From NCBI GenBank assembly GCA_951406725.2, contig OX597829.1, forward strand, positions 23,188,001 to 23,252,000: a DNA stretch of 64,000 nucleotides, given 5' to 3'. The translations under genes were made by a program, and so were the position numbers. Below are positions 24,358-37,479 of the stretch, piece after piece. The first letter of the stretch is position 1. Each line of letters begins with the position of its first letter. The notes below the pieces were generated by a model, which did no database searches, was not told the origin of the DNA, and saw only the letters and a list, made by a program, of their open reading frames with translations. Source of the stretch: Octopus vulgaris. Lineage: Eukaryota.

Positions 24358-24767
24358 AAAGAAGAAGGAGGAGGAGAAAGAGGAGGAAGAAGAAGAAGAA
24401 GAATGATGAGGAGGAGGAGGAGGAGAAGGAGAAGTGGAGGAGGAGGAGGAGGAGGAGGAGGAGAAGGAGAAGGAGAAGGAGAAGGAGAAAGAAGAAGAAG
24501 AAGAAGAAGAAGAAGAAGAAGAAGAAGAAGAAGAAGAAGAAGAAGAAGAAGAAGAAGAAGAAGAAGAAGAAGAAGAAGAAGAAGAAGAAGAAGAAGAAGA
24601 AGAAGAAGAAGAAGAAGAAGAAGAAGAAGAAGAAGAAGAAGAAGAAGAAGAAGAAGAAGAAGAAGAAGAAGAAGAAGAAGAAGAAGAAGAAGAAGAAGAA
24701 GAAGAAGAAGAAGAAGAAGAAGAAGAAGAAGAAGAAGAAGAAGAAGAAGAAGAAGAAGAAGAAGAAA
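24358..24767. repeat. (GAA)n/(GAG)n microsatellite
   Basis: Directly visible. Confidence 0.97.
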
Positions 24768-25348
24768 GTCGTTGTCGTCGTCAGCGTTTTGAATCTCGCT
24801 GAATTATATAGAGTTGCTTTTGACGATTTATATGATAGCTGTGAGCATGTCTTCATGCGATTTCATGTTACGTCGACCCATCCTTATAAGCTGTGAGCAC
24901 ATGCATTTAATTTGTAATATAATCTTCGTAATAGTTACGAGCATTTCCGGTTTAACTATCGGCTGTTTGTTGATGCATTCTGAAATATCTCATTGACAAA
25001 CATCTGGCTACGTTTATCACTTCTAATCGTATCTTTCAATCTTAATATTTTAATCAGTGTAGCACGATTTATTAAATATCTGTAATTCCTGTTTTCGTAT
25101 GGTTTAGTGAAAGTCGACACCTTCTGCAAATGATAATCTTTCTTTTTTTTTTTTTTTTTTTTTTTTTCAAATATTTAATTAAATTTTTTAATTGATCTAG
25201 TATAGAAAGACAACAGGTTAACGTCGTTTGTAGGAGAGGTTGAAGCGAAAGAAGAGAGCGAAGTATTGTATCAGAATAAAAAACAGGGAACACCAAGCTA
25301 AGTAAAGAGATGTTTGAATAGTTCATCTTTGTGGTTATCAACACTGTT

Positions 25349-25880
25349 GGCGAGCTGGCAAAATCGTTAGCCCGTCGCTACGTTCTGAGTTCAAATTCCG
25401 CCGAGGTCAACTTTACCTTTCATCCTTTCGGGGTTGATTAAATAAGTACCAGTTACGCACTGGGGTCGATATAATCGACTTTGTCTGTCCTTGTTTGTCC
25501 TCTCTGTGTTTAGCCCCTTGTGGGTAGTAAAGAAATAGGTATTTCGTCAGCCGCTACGTTCTGAGTTCAAATTCCGCCGAGGTCGACTTTGCCTTTCATC
25601 CTTTCGGGGGTCGATGAATTAAGTACCAGTTACACACTGTGGTCGATATAATCGACTTAATCCGTGTGTCTGTCCTTGTTTGTCCTCTCTGTGTTTAGCC
25701 CCTTGTGGGTAGTAAAGAAATAGGTATTTCGTCAGCCGCTACGTTCTGAGTTCAAATTCAGCCGAGGTCGACTTTGCCTTTCATCCTTTCGGGGTTCGAT
25801 GAATTAAGTACCAGTTACACACTGTGGTCGATATAATCGACTTGATCCGTGTGTCTATCCTTGTTTGTCCTCAGAAATAG
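25349..25880 (+). mobile_element. SINE family C, nested trimer
   Basis: Three cores separated by ..GGGTAGTAAAGAAATA|GGTATTTCGTC. Confidence 0.85.
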
Positions 25881-25888
25881 GTTATCAT

Positions 25889-26800
25889 CACTGTCTACAA
25901 TTTTGTTCCAATTATTTTCAAAATTTGGTATATGGATTAAGTTTTGCATGCTAATTATCAAAATGAAATTCATTTTTCTTATAGATTCATAATTAAAAAG
26001 TTATTAGCCTTAAAATTTGAAAAAAATTTGTGTATTTTAGCCATTTAGAAGCGAGTGTTTTATACATCACCGTGAAGTTCTGTTAGCATAATAACCAAAG
26101 AAGCACCATGTGTTCCATAGCTGACTGCGAAGAACTCTGTTTCCATAGATGCTGCGCATGCGCACAAGGAATGTAACCACCAAATTGAGTGCAATCAACA
26201 AATTTAGGGTACCTGGGCAACTTTAAAGCATGGAAACAAACGCCGGTGTGAGACACAGTCCCATGCTTGACTCCTGGTGAATTTATGTGGAGGAGGAGAT
26301 TTGAGAAAGATAATTTATTTTATAAAATCCTAGAGTGTATTGCAAACTTTCTTTCTTGGGTTTTTTAACTGTCTGTTTTAAGCAATGTTTTGACTATTAT
26401 TTCTAGCAACTCCTGTTGGTTTGCTATTGCAAACTTTCTTTCTTGGGTTTTTTAACTGTCTGTTTTAAGCAATGTTTTGACTGTTATTTCTAGCAACTCC
26501 TGTTGGTTTGCTCGCAGCTTTTAAATATTTAATTTACTTGCGAATTTTTAAATGTTTTTCACTGTTCACTGCAGCTAATTTTCTGTTTTGACATACCGAT
26601 GCACCCCCTCTCCCATCGCCTCGCTTTCTCGCCTCTGTGACAGATAATGGAAGAGGCAGCGAACGCGCTGTTTTCCGTTTGGCTGTAACACTTTCGCAAA
26701 CTTTTTCTGGAATCAATCAATAACAAATTCAGATTTAGCGTCAAAAATTACATCTATATGATACATTAGAATTTCTTTTTAAAGATTTTGTCATGCAATG
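25889..26800. mobile_element. Possible non-autonomous DNA transposon (Chapaev3-like ends) with an internal ~88-bp tandem duplication
   Basis: CACTG start, ..TGCAATG end, imperfect. Duplication at ~26338-26424 and ~26425-26511 is clear. Confidence 0.3.
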
Positions 26801-26849
26801 ACGAAAACCAAAAAGCTCCAAAGTCTACAAAGATTAATTCTTTCTACTA

Positions 26850-27260
26850 TAGATAGGCACAATGCCAGCTATTTCTAGGAAAAGGGTCTAGTCGATAACA
26901 TCGACCCCAGTACTTTATTTCATCGAACCAGAAAGGATGAAAGACTAAGTCGACTTCAATAGGATTTTAACTCAGCCCGTGAGATGTCAGAAGAAATTCC
27001 TCTTAAGCATTTCCCCCCGACGCGCTAACTATTCTACCAGATCTTGTATATTTTTGCTATAATTATTGATTTTAAATTTTGGCACAAGGCCAATAAGTCG
27101 ACTGCATCGACCCCAGTACACAACTGGAACTTATTTTATCGAACCCGAAGGATGAAAAGCAAAGTCGACCACAGCAGAATTTGAACTCAGAAAGTGAAGA
27201 CGGGCGAAATGCTCAGCGGCATTTCGTCCGGCGTGCTAACGATTCTACCAGCTCGTCGCC
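26850..27260 (-). mobile_element. Two diverged SINE family C copies
   Basis: AAGGATGAAA..AAGTCGAC..TTGAACTCAG motifs twice. Confidence 0.7.
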
Positions 27261-27516
27261 CTCCTTTTTTGCTATAATCATTAATAAGGTAACTTCTATG
27301 TGGTCACTGAGGATTCTAGAAATAGCAGCCAGAATTTTCAAACATTACTGTTTTAAAACAAATACTGGACACCTTGTACAAAGCTGAAGGTACTATGTCT
27401 GAAAAATATAGTGAGTGATGGTCATAGCTGGAATGTTCCAAGATTCTAGAGTCAACTTGGGATGAAGAATAACACAGCAACACTATCAGCAGTAGCGAAA
27501 CAGTAATAGTAGTAAT

Positions 27517-27605
<89 letters not shown>

Positions 27606-27681
27606 CAGCAGCAGTAACAGTAGTTGTAGTAGCAGTAGTAGTATCAGCAGTAACAGTAGTTGTAGTAGTTGTAGTAGCAGC

Positions 27682-28520
27682 ATCTCTGGCAAGGGCTTTG
27701 AAATAAAACCAAGAAGAAGTTCCAGACACCCAGCTGAGTACTTGACAGACACTGACTTTGCTGACGACATCGCTCTTATCAGTGATTCTCTCTCCAATGC
27801 CCAGTCTCTTTTACAATCTCTTGAACAAGCCTCAAATTGTGTAGGTCTTTACCTTAATGAGACCAAAACTGAATACATAAACAAGTGCCTGTCCAACAGT
27901 GATTGCATCATCCACACTCTCAACAGTGCACCTTTAAATATGGTTTCTGATTATAAATATCTTGGGTCATACATATCATCATCTGGAAAAGACTTTCTAA
28001 CTAGAAAGGGTATGGCCTGGTCAGCCTGTAATGACATGCATAAGATCTGGTCATCAAATCTAAGTAGAGACTTCAAACTTGAAATATTCAAAGCCACAGT
28101 CGAACCAATCCTACTATATGGCTCAGAAACCTGGACGTTATCAAAGAAGCTTGAGAGGCGGTTGGATGGAACCTACACTCGCCTCCTTATGAGAGCTCAA
28201 AATCTCTCGTGGAGGCGCCATCCAACTAAAATGCAAATATATGGGAAATTACCACCTGTGTCATCTCTTGTGAAGGGTAAGAGAGTCCAGTTTGCTGGAC
28301 ATTGTTGTAGAGCTGAAAAAGAAGTAATTTCTACTCTTCTCCTCTGGAAGCCATTTACTCGCAACACCAGAGGGCGCACACTCTCCTACCCTGATGTAAT
28401 CTCCAGGGATACAGGCATCCAGCAACAGGACCTCCGTAATGCTATGATGGACCGTGAAGTCTGGCGCAACATGGTAAATTCCATTGTCTCGACCACGGTC
28501 GAACAATGATGATGATGATG
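27682..28520 (+). mobile_element. 5'-truncated RTE-clade LINE with uninterrupted RT C-terminal ORF (to 28509) and (TGA)n tail
   Basis: DFADDIAL, V.DYKYLGS, ILLYGSETW, FAGHCCR, MMDREVW; inserted in a (TAG/CAG)n tract. Confidence 0.92.
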
Positions 28521-28634
28521 AGTAGCAGCAGTAAGAGTAGCAGCAGTAGTAGTAGTATCAGCAGTAACAGTAGTAGTTGTAGTAGCAGCAGCAGTAGCTG
28601 TGGCAGTAGTAGTAATAATAGTAGCAGCAGTGGC

Positions 28635-28681
<47 letters not shown>

Positions 28682-28722
28682 CAGCAGCAGCAGCAGTTGC
28701 AACAGCAGTGGCAGTAGTAGTA

Positions 28723-30555
28723 GGGTCGTTCCATGCGAAGTCAATGAAGGTGACCGAAACCAATTTCTTTCAAACTTTGCATGCTAAATGACCTTCATAT
28801 GACACCTTTAAATATGGAATATTTTTTTTACCTGACTGTAATATTTGCTGAGTTACGACCATTTGAAATTTTCAAAAAAGTGACCTTTTTTTCATTTACT
28901 CAATAACTTTGAGAAGCCATATCTCAGCTGCTATTTGAGCTAAAAATCTCTAGTTTTTTTTTTTTAATTCTAAAGCATTTAAATAGCTCTATAACTTTTG
29001 TTTGCTGTATTTTTTTCCTTACAATAAAAGTTAAAAGGTTGACCTAAAATTTGACCTTTGACCGGTCATCGATTTTTTTGAAATTTTGTGCAAATATTGC
29101 CCTACTTAGTAACAACACACATACACAAATTTATATTGGAATCTCTGTAGGAACTATAGTTGTCAGGCCTTCTATTAACTATGGTTCATGTTATACAGTC
29201 TAAATTAATTTTTTTTTTTCAGATTAGTTACATTTGACTATTTTAGTTAATTCCTGGCTACATATGGATATAAGATATTTTTAACTAAGCAAGAAAATGT
29301 TGCGACCCGTTTAAAAAGTATAAAGCACCGGTGAAAAAGGGTTTAAAAACAATAACAGCAGACTTTGCAACAAAATATCCTAAAGCAAGCCTAATTCCTG
29401 GACAAAAAATACTTGACTCTTGTACAAAAACTTTTCCCACATTTCAAATTGAACCATCATCAGAAGTTACGAGAAATGATACACCAACTACCACTGAAGC
29501 GATTTCATCATCGACAGATGTCTTCGTAGAAGAAAATGCAGAATCAGAGATCCTCACCAACGCTCTATCTGAAAGTGGAGAATCTCCGAGAAAAAAAAAG
29601 ATGGATACTACCATCATGTATGCTGAGAGCTATAGAAAACTGAAGGGAAGTCGGTGAATCATCAAAAGAACCTGAAGATCATCACCCTGAAAGTGAAATA
29701 ATGAAACAGTTAAAAGAGAATTTCACAACAGAAAAAAGATTAGAAAAACAGCAAATTTTAACAATTCTGCCAAAAAGTTGGTCTCTGAGAAAAATCCCAA
29801 AGGAGCTCGATGTACCAGATTACAATGGCTAGAAAAGCTAAAAGGCTGGTCAATGAGTAAAAGATTTTATTACATCCTCACCATAGAAAAGGCACATTTC
29901 TCAGGAAACTACCAATTGTTTCTCAGTTTTTGTAAAAATGAAGTAAGCAGAGTTATGCCAAGAAAAGAAGTACTCCATACTTTGTAACTTAAAAAAAGCC
30001 TTCCAATTGTTTAAATCAAAAAAATCCTGAAATCAAAATTAGTTTCTCAAAATTTTCAGAACTAAGATCAAAAGAATGCATACTTGCAGGTAGTGCTGGT
30101 ACACATAATGTATGTGTATGCACCATTCATCAGAATGTCAATGATTTCTGGCATGAAACTATTTGATTTAATCAAAGATATGAAGTTTCACTTGGTTGAA
30201 TATAAACAATGTTTGGAATCAATTACATGCAACCCAACAATAAACGACTGCTAAATGGACAATTGTTCAAATTGTAATTTTGCTAGAAGAGCTTGAAAAA
30301 TTCTTATATGAAATGATTAATGTGAATATGATTGATGAAGTACAATATAAACAATGGCTAACAACAGACAGAACAAGTCTAGAAAATATATCAAAATCAA
30401 CAGATGATTTTGTTGAAATTTTCTGTCAAAAGCTTAAAGCACTTAAAGTACATTATATCATTGCAAAGGAACAATCTAAATTTTGTACTTCAAGAAAAGA
30501 ATCTTTAACTGAAGAAAAAATGTTAGTCATACCAGATTTTTCTGAGTTCAAATAA
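28723..30555 (+). pseudogene. Degraded DNA transposon, Sola2-like transposase with left end
   Basis: Starts GGGTCGTTCCATG; motifs ILTILPKSWS, FSELR.KECILAG..GTHNVCVCTIHQN, YKQWLTTDRT.L, H.IIAKEQ, DFSE. Superfamily assigned from recalled motifs. Confidence 0.6.
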
Positions 30556-30941
30556 TTACCATTGGTGCTTTGTGAATATAATGGAAAGGGTTATCCGTTT
30601 ATTCATTTATTAATATGAAGACTCAAGTTCCGAACCCACATAAACGCATTTGATTCACACCAGACATCGCTCAAACTCTATCCTAATACCGACAAAGCTA
30701 TTCTGAAACATTGCTTGCAGGTAGAACCATCCACAGAAATTGGCTATAATCTTTATATTTGTGAAACAATGTGTATTTTAAAATCGCGATTGGTTTTCGA
30801 TTTAAGGTAAAGACAATGCCTCTCCCACCCCGTTTCTTTCTACCACAGATTTGAATAGTTTATGACAATAAATGAAAATATTAACATTGTTATCATCGGT
30901 GAACCCCCGATTCCGCCTTTCATTATATTTATGTAACCAAA

Positions 30942-30995
30942 GGTGGCGAGCTGGCAGAAACGTTAGCACGCCGGGCGAAATGCGTAGCCGTATTT
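30942..30995 (+). mobile_element. SINE family C head, ending at ..GCCGTATTT
   Basis: GGTGGCGAGCTGGCAGAAACGTTAGCACGCCGGGCGAAATGC. Confidence 0.8.
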
Positions 30996-31036
30996 AAACG
31001 TTGGAGGCTGTTCGGAAGATGGACAATAGACTAAAC

Positions 31037-32316
31037 ATGGAAAAGAAGAATTTTGCCGACGTAGCAAAATGCCAGGAGAAGGAGATAAATATAGAAGAAT
31101 TGGGAAGGAATAAAGATTTGATGAGTCGGGATGGCTTTGAGGTGAAGCCGTCAGCCCCCCTCCCCCGCAAGAAACAAGAGACATCATCAAGGAAAGGACA
31201 ATAAGTTACCGAACTTATACAATAAGTAAAGGTAAAATTGATATTGTAACGACGGAACTGGTGGAAAAGGCTCTGAGGCCGATCTGGAGAGACATTACGT
31301 ACCTTACAAGAGGTTCGATATTTGGAGTGGTGGAGGTGAGGTTCATGGACGCGGGGTCTGCAAGGAAACATGCGGCGACATCTATTAAAAGTAAGGAAGT
31401 GGTGCTTCTGCCCACTTACCGAAGACTGAGAGCAACAAGGATCAGTGTAGAAGAGATCCCACCGAAAATCGATGTAGCCTGGGTAGCAGACGCTGTCCTC
31501 TTTGGTAATGAGGACAACATAGTGGTTCTCCAGCCCACAAAAAAGGAAAGCGTGATGTGGAAGGGACAAATATTAAGCATGATTGTTCAAGGATCAACAG
31601 AGATTATGGAAAACATCACAGAGTCAATAATCATGGATGAAGTAATAATGACGGTGATGGTGGTGGAGCGCAGAGTCCCACGCTGCTTTAAATGTGGCCA
31701 GAAGGGCCACATTAGAGCGGACTGCCCTTCACAAACCAAAAAAGCAGGAGAAAAGAGATTAAACAAAATGGAGGAGCAAAAGGAAGAGGGGCCGAAAAGT
31801 TATAGAAAGGAAAAATCCAGAAAGAAGGAAGTAGCAGCAACAGAGGAGAAGTGGGAGAAAGTCGCCGTAAGGAAGAAAAAGAAGGCAAGTGATTTGAACT
31901 GTAAATCCACCCCCAGCATACACCAAGCCTACTCATTCCCATCCGACACAAAAACAAAAAGAGCAAACACGCACAAAGAATTTCAAACTCCCGCCCACAA
32001 GTCAAAAAAAAAAAAAAGGAAAAAGAAATGTAAAGCTTTCATGCTATACGGATCCAATAACGAATTGATAGATGAGTTTTCTTCATGGGACGAGATAAAG
32101 GAAGTAGGAACTACTGGATTCGATAACATTGAGGAGTGGCACAGGTGTGTGCTCCCAACATGGGAACAAGAAGAGATAATATATACTTTTGAGCACGGTT
32201 ACAGTTGTTGGGAGTTTGACTATGACTGGGATTTATTACCAAATTACACGACTTATGACAGGTTATTGGAAGAAACGGGATTTGATATGCTAGAGGAATC
32301 AGGTTATAAAAAGTAG
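31037..32316 (+). CDS. L1/Tx1 ORF1-like (gag-like) CCHC zinc-knuckle protein of a non-autonomous retroelement; one frameshift near 31155-31166
   Basis: CFKCGQKGHIRADC knuckle and Lys-rich region. Frame is open from 31141; the ATG at 31037 joins by a shift in a C-run. Confidence 0.7.
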
Positions 32317-32609
32317 AAAATGGGGCAGCTCGTATGTGGGGCGAGTGGTTCTATTTCCATTTTTTCCATTTTTCATTGTCATTCATATTATCATATTTTT
32401 TTTTCATTGTTATCTGTCATGCATGTCTTGTATAGTCCTGTCTATGTGCGCCCCTTGTGGGCAGTAAAGAATCACCTCAGTTTTGCACTTATATTCAGTG
32501 AATTAACCGCTTACAAGGAAAATACAGTGGGTAATTTGTGTTCTTTTCACACAACGAAAGGTTTTGTTATGCTTGTAGTTACAGGCTATTTGTTGGATCT
32601 CTGACCTAT

Positions 32610-32960
32610 TGGTTCCGGGTTCATTCCTACTGCGTGGCACCTTGGGCAAGTGTTTTCTACTATAGCCTCGGGCCGACCAAAGCCTCGTGAGTGGATTTGG
32701 TAGACGGAAACTGAAGGAAGCCCGTCGAATATATGTATACATATATGTATATATGTATATGTTTATGTGTCTGTGTTTGTCCCCCCAACATCACTTGATA
32801 ACCGATGCTGGTGTGTTTACGTCTCCGTAACTTAACGGTTCGGCAAAAGAGACCAATAGAATAAGTACTAGGCTTCCAAAGAATAAGTCCTTTCGTCGAT
32901 TTGCTCAACTAAAAGCATAGCCGCAGTCAAATGACTGAAACAAGTACAAGAGTAAAGAAT
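32610..32960 (+). mobile_element. SINE family A
   Basis: Matches 21281-21690. Confidence 0.85.
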
Positions 32961-34364
32961 AATGAGTATTGGATTTACATGTTTCCAAGTATTACAGTGT
33001 AAAGTTTTAGCCACGAGGATGTCTACGGAAAGCGAATTAATACCAAAAATTAAGACCTCTTCAAAAAACACTAGTTATTCTTTTCGCTGCAACCCATGTG
33101 TTGAGATTTTGGCCTACAGGAATTGCGAATGTTTCCAGTTCGTTTCCCCTACAATAATATCCACGGAAAGCAAATTGAAACCTAAAAGATGACAAAACGC
33201 AATGAGAGAAGAGAAGGCCACTTGAAAATGGGGAACTTTATACACACTGCTTCTTTTTAATCCGGAAAGTAACGCCCTTTTTTTAGTGATTTCGAAAGTA
33301 TTCAGAATGGATTATAGACTGAACAGGGTAGAAACTGGAACGTTGGCATCACTGTAGATAAGTGCACTTAATCTGGCATTGTTTTTCCGACTATTATTGC
33401 AGGTGTTAGAAAGTATTCTGTCCTCTTTAAAATAGTTCATCTTGTATCAGTGGGAAGTAAAAATCTTTAATATTAAAAAATAAAATTTCGACGCGTATCG
33501 GCAGAGTAAATGAACTATGGACTATTTTTTTTTCACTCAGACGGGTCTACCATCAGGTTTTGATTCCCCATTAAAACAGTCTAACTCCCTTTACTCTTAT
33601 GCTTTTTAAAACAGGATGAATGTCCCAACATCTTATATCTTTTTAAAGAAATCTCACGGTATTTCAACTCCGCTATGAGCAACAAAAGAATGCTTGTTGC
33701 GAAACCGCCAGAAAGAGCCTGTCTCCATAGCAAACATAAATGTTATTGTTTTACGGTTGAGACAAAGATTATGCGTATTTGATATCTTCTGGTCATCTTT
33801 CTGGTATCTTTCTGGGGGAAAAGAAAGATATGAAAACTGAAAATTACATGGCGCAGAACATTCATAACTCACATGCGAAAGGATAATAAAGCCTGAGCGG
33901 ATATTGAAACTTGCAGCCAGCAGAAAGTAATGGCGTCAACATGCTATCTCAATGTGCTCGAGAACACAACAGGAAAGTGATACTGATTTCTCCTTATTAA
34001 ATCAATATTAGAAATAAAATCTAACTTTTAAGCAAAGTGGTTATCTTAGCTGGATTCTTCATTTTTTTTTTTTTTTAACTCAACTCCACAAACTGATCGA
34101 GTTTTAAAGCTCTTCCATCCATTTTGCCCCAGATAACATCCTTAATTATCGTAGTTTATCTGAAATAAATGGATATATATGAATAAGTGAAACTTGTCAT
34201 TGTTCATTACGAAATAATTTGAAGTAGGTGTCGTTGTTGGTGTACGTCATCCAGGGGTCTTGCCAAACTCGCCACGCTTGGTACTGCGGGTTGGCGAGCC
34301 CTTTTAGAATTTTAGAAGGTTTTTACCTCACGGAGAGATACGCAGAGTCTATTCTTTACTGCTG

Positions 34365-34450
<86 letters not shown>

Positions 34451-34784
34451 ATACGCATATCAAATTATGTAAGTGATGGGCTCTCAATACTATCATCATT
34501 ATTACCTTCTTTGTAGCCCAACGGAAAATGGAACGAATTATGCTTGGCAGGAATGGACACACACACACACACAAAAAAATTGACAAGATCAAGAGGCCAA
34601 CCAAAAGGAATATCGCAAGTTAATCTCACTCGCTACCTGGGGCCTACATAATCACGACTGGCCAGAAACAGACAGCAGTTCAGAGAGGGGTTTCTCCTTC
34701 AGGAATGATGAAGCCCTAGAGATAAAGAGAACTGTTTCATTATTAAAAATGCGAATTGAATTTTGTACTTCATATATATTATTT

Positions 34785-35090
34785 GGAGGCGCAATGGCCC
34801 AGTGGTTAGGGCAGTGGACTCGCGGTCGGATGATCGCGGTTTCGATTCCCAGACCGGGCGTTGTGTGTGTTTATTGAGCGAAAACACCTATAAGCACCAC
34901 GAGGCTCCGGCAGGGGGTGGTGGCGACCCCTGTTGTACTCTTTCGCCACAACTTTCTCTCACTCTTTCTTCCTGTTTCTTGATTAATGCTGCGATGGACT
35001 GGCGTCCCGTCCAGCTGGGAGGAACACATACGCCACAGAAACCGGGAAACCTGGCCCATGAGCCTGGCTAGGCTTGAAAAGGGCGAAAAA
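34785..35090 (+). mobile_element. SINE family B head with tail type 2
   Basis: Same head as 12559; tail GCGATGGACTGGCGTCCCGTCCAG..GAAAAGGGCG. Confidence 0.85.
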
Positions 35091-35314
35091 AGTATATACA
35101 TTATTTAGCTCTGCAGTTTTTTGTTTGTTTTTTTTTCTCTTTCTTAATGACCCTTCATTGAAAAATATTCCTTAAGTTATCTAAGCCATCGGTAGTTATT
35201 GTTAAATGGTTTTGCAAATTCGTTTACAACACTTTGGATATTCCAGAGAAGCAATAACTTGTTACTAAAATTTCGTCGATGGAACTTGTGTGTGTGTGTG
35301 ATATGTATGTTTCT

Positions 35315-35454
35315 TAGTCAGTCATTAGACTGCGGCCATACTGGAGCATCACCTTGAGGAATTTTAGTCGAACGAATTAACTCCAGTACTTTCAAGCCTC
35401 GCACTGATCGATTTCTTTTGCTGGACGCTAAGTTATGGGGGCGTACATACACAC

Positions 35455-35504
<50 letters not shown>

Positions 35505-35735
35505 GCACGCACGCACACACGCACACAAACACACGCACGCACACACGCACACACACACACACACACACCTACACACGCATACAACGGTCTTCTTTCAGTT
35601 TCTGTTTGTCAAATCCGCTCAAAAGTCTTTAGTCGGCTCGAGGCTATAGAAGACACTTGCCCAAGGTACAACGCAGCGGGACTGAACTAGCAATCGTGTA
35701 GTTGTGGCACAAGCTTCTTACCACACAGTCGCGCA
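35315..35735 (-). mobile_element. SINE family A, diverged
   Basis: AGAAGACACTTGCCCAAGG, (CA)n centre. Confidence 0.75.
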
Positions 35736-36311
35736 TATATATATATATTAAGCAAGATATAAGTTAGAGGTTATGCAACCATCTCAGGGATAGATGTATC
35801 CGTAGGCACTCCTGGTGTCTTACCTCACTATGTATAGTCCTTGTTATAAGGTATACCGTTGTAGGTAATTTAAAGGTAAAACCGTGGTTTAGAGAGCTAA
35901 TAGATCATAGTTCATAAAGTTCTAATTAAATGTAACCACTGTAAAATTCCCAAATATCTGAGTTAATAGCTTTCTCTATCATTGTATAATATATAAGATT
36001 TAGAGTATAGATATATAAATTATACACTTCTTTGTTTAGTGAATCTTAATGGTATAATTATTTTCTAAATATGTTTTCATTGTACAAATAATTAAATATT
36101 AGCATGCATTATATTTGTTTGATTTAACTTCTATCGTTAAAATAATTTGATAATACGTTTAAATGTATGTTAATTTTAAATAAATATTTACGATCCTTTG
36201 TAGTAAGGAGTTAAGTGATACATTTTTCCCCAGAGTCATCCACAGGAGTCTATACTTTCGCCTATTCTTTTTCTATTTTACAAAACCATCTTCTAGCTTG
36301 TTTTATTTGAT

Positions 36312-37330
36312 TCAACTATTAAACTGCAGGCATGCTAGGACACCGCCTTGAATTTTTTCAGTTGAACCAACAGACCCCACCAGTACTATGTGTGTGTGTG
36401 TGTTGGTTTCCTTTGATGTGGACAAAAGGCTTAAGGTAATTTGTGTCCCTGCACAAGTGACATCTTGGCCTTCTTCCTTCAACACCTGCGTGAAGTTTTG
36501 TGCCATGTGTTAGGGTTGTGAAGTCCAGATTGGCCTCGACACTTGGTTGATTCGCCAGCATTAACAACTGCATATCCTATCCTGTAACCGTGGGATATTG
36601 TGTTTTTTTTTACTTCTTTCAAAGAGAACCGCTGCCATCAACCAACCGGTGTTGATTTCTGGTAGTATATTTATTCTTATTCAAAGCACCATTCGGCCAA
36701 GGTAAATGGGGATGAGGATGAGTTCGTCACTCGTTTGGGTGGTTGTTGAGACTTTTGGCTGCTCTTCTGGGGCGAACCTCACTTCGACAGTATTTTACCA
36801 TATTTTACCCCTGGCTATATATCTTTTCCTCTTCCAAATTGGTTGCAAATATTTTTCTATCTGTTGGTGTGTTGCCTGTTCTACTCTTCTATCTTTTGGT
36901 TCCAATTATGTGTTTTGTATAGAACTGTCCGCAAATTAGCTTCTTGCTGGACAAATCTAGGAACATTCACTCCCACATTTTTCTAACATACATTTTGCAC
37001 TTTTCAAATACATTTTTATTTCTAAAAAAACTTCATTTATTTGCCGCATTGCGAAACTGCTAACAGCGGATTTGCATGGTCCATTTTACTTTCTTTTTTT
37101 AAAAATTATGTTGGTAGTGGTGGTGGTGTTAATGGTGGTGGGTTTGTTGTTGCCATTAGAAGCGGTGGTGCTTTCTGTGGTATATTGTTGTTGTCACTTT
37201 TACAGTTAGGTGGTTCTGTTCTGGAGGTAAATTGTTCTTTTCAGTGGACGAACTACCCTCGTCCGCCATGTTTCTTTTTTATGCAAAAATTGAGGAGCGT
37301 GTTAAGCTAAACACACTCCAATTTAGCCCT
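36312..37330 (-). pseudogene. Degraded homolog of the 31037 ORF1-like gene
   Basis: YIARGK..TVEVRF and VEGRRPRCHLC match YLTRGS..VVEVRF and VERRVPRCFKC. Confidence 0.6.
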
Positions 37331-37479
37331 TACGGGCTACAGATGGAGAAAAGTTAACCAGCTCCCAAAGGTTTATCTATATAACGATAATAAAAGTACA
37401 ATGTATAACTTTCTGTAACAATATAGCTAACGGGAACATAGTGCAATACTTGTCAGCTGACAAACAACACCAATAATAA

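Noticed and set aside
24403-24802. Poly-Glu/poly-Arg proteins
   Set aside because: Pure (GAA)n repeat.
27742-28509. Autonomous LINE gene
   Set aside because: 5'-truncated within RT; no endonuclease or start codon.
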